DNA from: a virus
Lineage: Duplodnaviria; Caudoviricetes
Reading direction: 5' to 3' (one strand)
Virus record (IMG/VR): IMGVR_UViG_3300027975_000012
Coordinates: 1-28,609 of that record
DNA length: 28,609 bases
Shown: positions 8,455-14,329 of the stretch, piece by piece
How positions within the stretch are numbered: position 1 is the stretch's first letter
Layout: every line of letters begins with the position of its first letter
The notes under the pieces: model-generated
The model's database searches: none
What the model was told of the DNA's origin: nothing
Seen by the model: the letters and a program-made list of their open reading frames with translations, nothing else
Translations under genes and position numbers: made by a program

Positions 8455-8488
8455 AAGGCTGGGACCCAATGCCCAGCCTTTCTTTTTT
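8455..8488 (+). terminator. Rho-independent terminator, plus strand
   Basis: AAGGCTGGG-acccaatg-CCCAGCCTT-TCTTTTTT. Confidence 0.85.
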
Positions 8489-8499
8489 GTCGGACTATA

Positions 8500-8528
8500 A
8501 TTATAACATAATTTCGACTACTTGTACA
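8500..8528 (-). promoter_or_regulatory. Sigma70-type promoter for leader/primase-helicase
   Basis: TGTACA-17-TATAAT with extended -10 TG and upstream AAAATAA. Confidence 0.8.
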
Positions 8529-8621
8529 CTATTATTTTCTCTAATATCTAAGCGTAGTTTCATCTTTTAACTCCTAGGTTCGGTGGTTTAGTCTCTTTAT
8601 ATTTATTACAAGTTTCATCTT

Positions 8622-8963
8622 CTAAAACGGAAGGTCATCATCCCAATCGGCTTCACCCTTATTATCATCGCTTCCAGGCTCTCTGGCTTGACCCTTAAGC
8701 GGGGTCATCTCTGGCTCCGGCGGGGATTCTTCAGATGGCACTAGGCCTTTGGTTTCAGCAATCCACTGGGACAAATAAATCTCATCCGCTTCACCAGCCT
8801 TCGTAGCCAGCCTATATGTTAGGACCTGGGACTTAGGCACCCAAACTGCCTCCTTGAAGTCATGGCTGTCAATCATAAAAGCCTTCTCTGTTTCTCTCTC
8901 TAGGAAGCAATTGAATTTAATTGGGTCCCTAATGGGCTTATGGTTCTTGTATATTGTCTTCAT
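8622..8963 (-). CDS. Small beta-domain protein ending in an SSB-like acidic tip
   Basis: ETEKA...WVPKSQ...WIAETKGL domain, Pro/Glu linker, C-terminus DWDDDLPF. Confidence 0.85.
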   Translation of the reverse strand: MKTIYKNHKPIRDPIKFNCFLERETEKAFMIDSHDFKEAVWVPKSQVLTYRLATKAGEADEIYLSQWIAETKGLVPSEESPPEPEMTPLKGQAREPGSDDNKGEADWDDDLPF

Positions 8964-9217
8964 CTTTCATCTCCAAAAGGTACACATAAATAATATGCTT
9001 TGCCATTAATGGTCCAGTAACCCTCTTCTACTCTTAAGCTACTATGGACTTTTGTATCATGTATACAAATAAGCTCTGAACCTTTAGGAGCATCACTCAA
9101 ACGGAACACAGCCCAGTCCAGGTCTTCAATTTCACCTGGTGTAAGAAATTCTTCATCGGCTTCAAGTAAAGCTTGTAAAAGGGTTTCGATCGTTGGGTTT
9201 TCTATTTTTAAGTTCAT
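8960..9217 (-). CDS. Hypothetical acidic protein
   Basis: ATGA overlaps on both sides. Confidence 0.75.
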   Translation of the reverse strand: MNLKIENPTIETLLQALLEADEEFLTPGEIEDLDWAVFRLSDAPKGSELICIHDTKVHSSLRVEEGYWTINGKAYYLCVPFGDER

Positions 9218-9501
9218 TTTACCACCTGCATATCAAATTGGCCAGCCTCAATAGCAGGGTCACTATCTACAACCGGACTCCACCGTGAGGGCATTAGGGC
9301 CATTGTTAATCGATCCATAAAATGTTCTGAATTATCGCCCTCTAGCATTATACCGTGGTTGCAACAACCAGGGCCATCAGGGCCATCAGTGACAACATAG
9401 CCTTGTATCACTACATTACTATCTGCTGCCCATTTTTTAATGCCTTCTATATATGCCTCGAAGTCTATTGGGCACTTTGGTGTTGCCATTACTGCTTTCA
9501 T
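9214..9501 (-). CDS. Hypothetical protein
   Basis: SD TGGAG; ATGA overlaps. Confidence 0.75.
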   Translation of the reverse strand: MKAVMATPKCPIDFEAYIEGIKKWAADSNVVIQGYVVTDGPDGPGCCNHGIMLEGDNSEHFMDRLTMALMPSRWSPVVDSDPAIEAGQFDMQVVK

Positions 9502-9605
9502 TGTAGGTACTCCATTATATTGTTAATTAACAGCACAACCAAAAGGGCTATGCTCCAGGCTATCGCCGTGTTACGGGCAAACTCTCTACTCAATCTCTCA
9601 TACAT
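9498..9605 (-). CDS. Small single-TM membrane protein, 35 aa (not in track)
   Basis: MYERLSREFARNTAIAWSIALLVVLLINNIMEYLQ*; SD AAGGA; first gene after promoter 9647-9675; ATGA-coupled downstream. Confidence 0.65.
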   Translation of the reverse strand: MYERLSREFARNTAIAWSIALLVVLLINNIMEYLQ

Positions 9606-9646
9606 TGTTCTAGTCCTTACTCTGGTGAATCATTGAAACACAACTT

Positions 9647-9675
9647 ATTATATCGCGTTTCGCTTAAATTGTAAA
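9647..9675 (-). promoter_or_regulatory. Sigma70-type promoter
   Basis: TTTACA-17-TATAAT with upstream AAAATAA. Confidence 0.8.
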
Positions 9676-9699
9676 ATTTATTTTATTGGATGGGATGGG

Positions 9700-9969
9700 T
9701 CAATAAGGGTTGCAGGAGGTCACTCTACCATAGGCGTAACACCGGAACGCGGGGCTATTGGCTCTACGGGCTTCTTCCACCCGCAGAGCTCGGGACATGC
9801 CTCTAACGAACATGTCCCAGCCAGACAACTCTGGTACACGCTGTTGTTCGTCTCTTTGGCGAGCATACAACTCCCAGGGTAAATCACTATCTGGCACCAA
9901 CCTGGAATTAAGTGGGGTCGAAGCGCATGCTGTTAGGGATAGCATTGCTATTAGGATTAAGGTTTTCAT
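9700..9969 (-). CDS. Early lipoprotein
   Basis: MKTLILIAMLSLTA-C signal peptide with LTAC lipobox; C-terminal Cys pair. Confidence 0.8.
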   Translation of the reverse strand: MKTLILIAMLSLTACASTPLNSRLVPDSDLPWELYARQRDEQQRVPELSGWDMFVRGMSRALRVEEARRANSPAFRCYAYGRVTSCNPY

Positions 9970-10136
9970 TTTAATGCCTCTAAGGTTTGGATATGCTCTT
10001 TTCTTTTTTGGTTACTAATTTTTGCGGTTATTACATTACATTGCTTACAGCGGGGCCGATAACCATCTAAAGTTCTTTTACTTTTACTGAAGGCCTCAAT
10101 TGGGAGTTCTTTATTACAATGAGTGCAGGTTTTCAT
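9966..10136 (-). CDS. Single Cys4 zinc-finger protein, 56 aa (not in track)
   Basis: MKTCTHCNKELPIEAFSKSKRTLDGYRPRCKQC...; ATGA-coupled to the lipoprotein gene. Confidence 0.75.
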   Translation of the reverse strand: MKTCTHCNKELPIEAFSKSKRTLDGYRPRCKQCNVITAKISNQKRKEHIQTLEALK

Positions 10137-10146
10137 AATGCTGGTC

Positions 10147-10530
10147 TCATATTAATTTGGATAGACATACTTTACATTGGGCTCTATGATTGTCTTTAGA
10201 TTGCTTGTTAGTATCAAAAGCCCAGAGCGGTTTCACTTGTTTGCATGCTATACATCTTTTATTTACGCCCCATTGGAGTTTAGGCTCATCAGGACCTTTG
10301 GGGTCATTCGGGTTCTTTTTCAATCTACAGGTGCAACTTATGCAATACTGCCGGAGGCCATCTGATGATGCTGGCATTGGACTGAATGCGGAGGCACTAA
10401 GAAGCTGATTACAATGCTTACACTTCTTGAATTTAGGGGGCCATTCTTTAGCTTTTGCTACTATGGCATCTGCTTTTCTAATGGTCATGGCCATGATTAT
10501 AGCTTCACGTTCTAGGGATGTTAGTTTCAT
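10147..10530 (-). CDS. Double Cys4 zinc-finger protein
   Basis: Two CxxC...AF...D(G/N)....CxxC units. Confidence 0.8.
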   Translation of the reverse strand: MKLTSLEREAIIMAMTIRKADAIVAKAKEWPPKFKKCKHCNQLLSASAFSPMPASSDGLRQYCISCTCRLKKNPNDPKGPDEPKLQWGVNKRCIACKQVKPLWAFDTNKQSKDNHRAQCKVCLSKLI

Positions 10531-10618
10531 TTTAGGGTCCTCTTTTTAATGATCTAGGGTGCTTTGCCAGCTATTTACTACGTTAACTAAAACGCTTTTT
10601 AGATAGTGTCATTTGCTA

Positions 10619-10795
10619 GGAGCGTAAGTCGTTGTTTTATAAGCGTTTAGCCTCTTGCTTCGTAATAGCACTGTTTTAAACGGTTTTAAAAACTTTTATA
10701 AAGTATATATTTTAGGGGCTTTACAGTGTTTATATATATATTTAATATTATTAAGATAGTAAGATAAGTATATATAAAACAATAACTTACGCTCC
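10619..10795. other. Candidate replication origin: 23-bp inverted repeats around an AT-rich core
   Basis: GGAGCGTAAGTCGTTGTTTTATA / TATAAAACAATAACTTACGCTCC (21/23 match) in a noncoding gap. Confidence 0.5.
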
Positions 10796-10830
10796 AAACT
10801 CAAAAGTCTTCGCTACGACCGAAGTCAGAC

Positions 10831-10844
10831 GGCCATCCTTGGCC
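10831..10844 (-). promoter_or_regulatory. GGA-loop hairpin (CsrA/RsmA-type)
   Basis: GGCC-AAGGAU-GGCC. Confidence 0.5.
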
Positions 10845-10855
10845 CCTTTGCTCCT

Positions 10856-11062
10856 TTAATTCAAGCTTGGTTGATAAAAACCGCCATCATCCAAGTAAGA
10901 TAAGAGCCTAGAGCCTTTGTTCAAAATAGCATCCAGCCACTCTTCAGCTTCTACAATACTCAGGCCCAGCCCACCGTAAGGTAAGCCAGCATCCAGCCTA
11001 GATTCCTGGCATATAGTAACATAACCAGCCCACATCAGTTCTAATATTTCATAAGCATTCAT
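10856..11062 (-). CDS. Early hypothetical protein
   Basis: Leader GAGAGAACTACA-ATG. Confidence 0.75.
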   Translation of the reverse strand: MNAYEILELMWAGYVTICQESRLDAGLPYGGLGLSIVEAEEWLDAILNKGSRLLSYLDDGGFYQPSLN

Positions 11063-11092
11063 TGTAGTTCTCTCGGTTAAAGTTAAAGTTGA

Positions 11093-11104
11093 GCCATCCT
11101 TGGC
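11093..11104 (-). promoter_or_regulatory. GGA-loop hairpin (CsrA/RsmA-type)
   Basis: GCC-AAGGAU-GGC upstream of the RBS. Confidence 0.55.
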
Positions 11105-11124
11105 CCCTTTGCTGCTAAAATGCT

Positions 11125-11313
11125 TTAGTTTTGAAAAGTTTCTAAGTACAATTTAAACTCTGCAATATCAGAGTCTGTGTACTCAAGTCTTAGAGCCAGA
11201 GCTTTGTAGTACTCAAAGTTAGCACAAGTTACTGGAACCACAGCTCTTGGATACTTGAGCCCGATGTAGTGGTTCATTTGGATGATTGTTGCATATAAGT
11301 CATTAGTAGTCAT
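11125..11313 (-). CDS. Early hypothetical protein, 62 aa
   Basis: Start moved to 11313 (TTGGAGTACTACA-ATG). Confidence 0.75.
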   Translation of the reverse strand: MTTNDLYATIIQMNHYIGLKYPRAVVPVTCANFEYYKALALRLEYTDSDIAEFKLYLETFQN

Positions 11314-11334
11314 TGTAGTACTCCAAAGTAGTTG

Positions 11335-11348
11335 AGCCATCCTTGGCT
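11335..11348 (-). promoter_or_regulatory. GGA-loop hairpin (CsrA/RsmA-type)
   Basis: AGCC-AAGGAU-GGCU. Confidence 0.55.
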
Positions 11349-11376
11349 GTAAGGTCCTTAGTTCTTAGTTCTTAGT

Positions 11377-11550
11377 TCAAACTTCTTTAACTTCTAAAAT
11401 CAAAACTCCATCTACCACAGTACCAATTACATAATAGTCACTGTCTGGAGAGACTATAGCTTGGCCATAGTCTTCTGAATAGTCTGGGTCCAATAGCATA
11501 GCTGTTAAATTTACAGTTGCTTCATCACTTATCTTTAATTTTACTTTCAT
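11377..11550 (-). CDS. Early acidic hypothetical protein, 57 aa (not in track)
   Basis: MKVKLKISDEATVNLTAMLLDPDYSEDYGQ...LEVKEV*; leader TTGGAGCACTACA-ATG. Confidence 0.75.
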   Translation of the reverse strand: MKVKLKISDEATVNLTAMLLDPDYSEDYGQAIVSPDSDYYVIGTVVDGVLILEVKEV

Positions 11551-11569
11551 TGTAGTGCTCCAAAGTTAA

Positions 11570-11583
11570 AGACATCCATGTCT
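11570..11583 (-). promoter_or_regulatory. GGA-loop hairpin, exact (A/U)CANGGANG(U/A) match
   Basis: AGAC-AUGGAU-GUCU. Confidence 0.6.
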
Positions 11584-11598
11584 GTAAGTCCAAAGTTA

Positions 11599-11928
11599 TT
11601 AGATTAAACCTTTCTTCTTCATGTCATTCTTATACCAAGCAACACAAGCATATGTTGTATTGTTGTTAGTATACTTTTCTTCAACCAGTTTCAAAATGTC
11701 AACATTCTTCAATCCAGATGTTATGCACTCTCTAATGAAGTCTCCAACTCCAGTATTCATTGGTGGCTTGTAGTTAGGAGGTCTGCCATAAGTTTCAGTC
11801 ATTATAGTCTTCAACAATGCTAGCTCAGATTCAAGCTCCTTGACTCTGGCTTCTAAGGTTGGCTTTACTTCAGCTGAAGTTGGTACTGTATAAAGCTTAG
11901 CTTTCTTGTTTGCAGTTTTAGTAGTCAT
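11599..11928 (-). CDS. First early gene; coiled coil plus helical domain, paralog of 5478..6104
   Basis: TGVGDFIRECITSGLKNVDI...CVAWYKNDMK. Confidence 0.85.
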   Translation of the reverse strand: MTTKTANKKAKLYTVPTSAEVKPTLEARVKELESELALLKTIMTETYGRPPNYKPPMNTGVGDFIRECITSGLKNVDILKLVEEKYTNNNTTYACVAWYKNDMKKKGLI

Positions 11929-11958
11929 TGTAGTTCTCTCAGTTAGTTAATATAATGT

Positions 11959-12190
11959 ATGCTTTTTAATAATTCAAAAAACACATGCTTTTATAAACTG
12001 TTTTTTAATAAATGTAAACAACTATTTTAATTAAACAATGCTTTTTAATAATTCAAAAAACATATGCTTTTATAAGCTGTTTTTTAATAAATGTAAACAA
12101 TTATTTTAATTAAACAATGCTTTTTAATAATTCAAAAAACATATGCTTTTATAAACTGTTTTTTAATAAATGTAAACAATTATTTTAATT
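11959..12190 (-). repeat. Three tandem 79-bp AT-rich repeats, each with a leftward promoter
   Basis: Units start at 11959, 12038, 12117; each has AAAATA(A/G)TTG-TTTACA-17-TATAAA on the minus strand. Confidence 0.92.
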
Positions 12191-12240
12191 TAATTATAAA
12201 GGACTTAAGAACTGAGCTCGATTTATAGGGTCTTCCCCAA

Positions 12241-12295
12241 CTGGGCGGCGGGGGGAGCAGGCAGCGCGACAATGTCAATGGTACCACCCGCGCTC
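12241..12295. other. GC-rich island upstream of terS; candidate terminus or packaging site
   Basis: GGGCGGCGGGGGGAGC...AGCGCG...CGCGCT within very AT-rich DNA. Confidence 0.4.
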
Positions 12296-12531
12296 AAAAA
12301 TCAAAAAACCCTGAAAGAAAATTGGAAAAAATAGTATTTAAGGAATAAATGAATAGTTCAAAATATAGTATTCAAAGAATAGCGGAATTAAATTAAAAGA
12401 AGCCTTAACCCTCACGGGTTTGTCTCTCCATCTTATGTTCCCAAAATTTTGAAATAAAAACCCTAGTGCAAAGAATAGCAGAATAAGAACTTAAAGAATA
12501 GCTCAAAAATTAAAATTAATAAAAATAAAAG

Positions 12532-12560
12532 TGTACAAACCGAGCGTTTTGTGTTAATAT
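12532..12560 (+). promoter_or_regulatory. Promoter of packaging/structural operon
   Basis: AAAATAAAAG-TGTACA-17-TAATAT with extended -10 TG. Confidence 0.7.
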
Positions 12561-12593
12561 TAATTTAATTAAAGTTAGTAGAAAAGAAGTAAA

Positions 12594-12971
12594 ATGGAAC
12601 CGAATACTTTTGACCCATATTTGAATTTAGCGGCCGACTTGAAGGTATTCGACCCCGCTTCCTTGCGCGAAACAGAAGCGCTGGCTGCATGCATGTCCAT
12701 AGACGAAACACTGGATTACTTTGGTTTGTCAAAAGAGCAGTTGGCCCAGTCCAAGCCGGACGAAGAAATCTTTACCTCTGCTTGGAAGCGTGGTAGAGCG
12801 AAGGCAAAATATGAAGCTGCTACCCATTTGTTCGCCCATATGAAAGGTAGAGGCGGTGCCCAAGTTGCTTTGGCTTATCTGCGTCAAGTAGCGGCAGAAT
12901 GGCCCACTGCAGCCATAGAAGCTGGAGGCGGAAAGAACTTTAGTTTCAAAGTCATAATGGATGATGAGTAA
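12594..12971 (+). CDS. terS: Terminase small subunit (putative)
   Basis: N-terminal HTH-like segment, AWKRGRAKAK helix, C-terminal beta strand; first gene of the packaging operon. Confidence 0.7.
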   Translation: MEPNTFDPYLNLAADLKVFDPASLRETEALAACMSIDETLDYFGLSKEQLAQSKPDEEIFTSAWKRGRAKAKYEAATHLFAHMKGRGGAQVALAYLRQVAAEWPTAAIEAGGGKNFSFKVIMDDE

Positions 12972-14329
12972 TGGCAGGCCTAATTGAAGACCTATTAGCA
13001 GGACTCCCTCAGGCCTATAATACTTTAGAGGAGTTGTTGGCCCAGTCTAAGTTAGGGCGCCAGCACTATGGGCCTAGAGACAGCATGATTGCTAGTGCCA
13101 TAGCCCATCCAGGTGAAGGCATTCAGAAGGCAGGACAGTGGTTGCAAGACCAGATGATGACAGCCAGCCAAGCCCCGGTTCAACCGATGACAGACCCCAG
13201 AGGTGCGGAGGCTGGTAGCGAAGCGGGACTGAACCTGGCGGGTATGATGCAAACAGGTGGGTTGCCCTTTGGACCCAAGAGCCGGGGTGGGACGCTAGGC
13301 ACGATATTGGCCCCCGGCATGCCAGATTATCCAGAGAGTGCAGCACGGGTAGCTGCAGAGGAGTTGGCCCAAGGTGCTACAACCCAAGACATTTGGAAGA
13401 AGTATAAGTTGTACCCATGGAAAGATAATAGTGGTAATCAGGTGCTATTGGGTGAAATACCTGATTATAATGCGAAGCTTAATCAAGCGGTACTAAAAGA
13501 CAAAGCCCCTAGTACTTTAGGTGCTTTGTTGACACACCCTGAGTTTTTTAAGAATAACCCAGAATTGGCTAAAATTCAAGTTGTAAAAACTCAACGGCCT
13601 AATGACGATTCAATGGGTTGGTCTTTACCGTATTTTAATCAAATAGCTTTAAATTTAGAACACCCTCGTCATTTAGGGGTCACTGGCAAAAAAAGTTTAA
13701 TGGACACGTTGTTACATGAAATAACACATGCACAGCAAAAGAACCAGGGTTTACCATCTGGTACTTCGTCCGATACAATGCGAGCTGTTCTAAATATGCA
13801 AAAGCATAAGGAAGGTATGACGGGGAAACCTAAAGGATACAAGCCTAGATTTGGGGAGTTTAGTACTACAACTGATGAAGAGGCATTTGCAGCATATCAA
13901 AGGGCTGCAGGTGAAGCCCAAGCAAGGATGACTGAAGACAGGTTTAGAATAGCATCTAAACCAAGAGGTGGCCCCATTGGGTGGCAGTTAGAGCAGCAAA
14001 GTCCCTTAGATACAATGGCCAACGTAGATCGCCATCCAGTTGAGAGTTTATTGTGGGACTATGAAAGTGGAACTAGACAAGACTCCATTAGACCTTCAAA
14101 AGTTAAAGAGGTGCTGGCAGACCTAGAAGCGAGAGGGTTTAATAAAAAGCTGAATGGGCCACTTGCAGATATAATTGATGGGTTAGCAGCTGTTAAAGGC
14201 TCACATAAGAAGGTCTTTGACAAACTGCGTAGTGCAGGGATACTAGGGCATATAAATAAAGATTTTGATGAAGTAGCTATTTACGACCCCACTAAAGCAC
14301 AAATCAAAAATAGAAAGAAATTAGAATAA
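12971..14329 (+). CDS. LPD23-like/zincin (HExxH) polyvalent-type protein
   Basis: IWKKYKLYPW...GEIPD, LLTHPEFFKNNPEL, LLHEITHAQQ, YQRAAGEAQAR; TAATG overlaps on both sides. Confidence 0.7.
   Translation: MAGLIEDLLAGLPQAYNTLEELLAQSKLGRQHYGPRDSMIASAIAHPGEGIQKAGQWLQDQMMTASQAPVQPMTDPRGAEAGSEAGLNLAGMMQTGGLPFGPKSRGGTLGTILAPGMPDYPESAARVAAEELAQGATTQDIWKKYKLYPWKDNSGNQVLLGEIPDYNAKLNQAVLKDKAPSTLGALLTHPEFFKNNPELAKIQVVKTQRPNDDSMGWSLPYFNQIALNLEHPRHLGVTGKKSLMDTLLHEITHAQQKNQGLPSGTSSDTMRAVLNMQKHKEGMTGKPKGYKPRFGEFSTTTDEEAFAAYQRAAGEAQARMTEDRFRIASKPRGGPIGWQLEQQSPLDTMANVDRHPVESLLWDYESGTRQDSIRPSKVKEVLADLEARGFNKKLNGPLADIIDGLAAVKGSHKKVFDKLRSAGILGHINKDFDEVAIYDPTKAQIKNRKKLE

Larger units (their letters stand above)
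8377..8488 (+). ncRNA. Predicted ~110-nt cis-antisense RNA to the primase-helicase leader
   Basis: Bounded by promoter 8342-8370 and intrinsic terminator 8455-8488; no plausible plus-strand ORF. The 5' end is estimated. Confidence 0.62.

Noticed and set aside
9966-10136. Apparent frameshifted pseudogene
   Set aside because: Re-reading gives TGT AAT AAA GAA CTC, an intact 56-codon ORF.
11357-11378. CTTAGTT x3 heptamer repeat
   Set aside because: Real but short and isolated; no function can be supported.
11959-12190. Possible CRISPR array
   Set aside because: Units are contiguous 79-bp repeats with no unique spacers, and no cas genes are present.
12971-14329. Homing endonuclease or intron between terS and terL
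   Set aside because: No HNH, GIY-YIG or LAGLIDADG motif; terL is uninterrupted.
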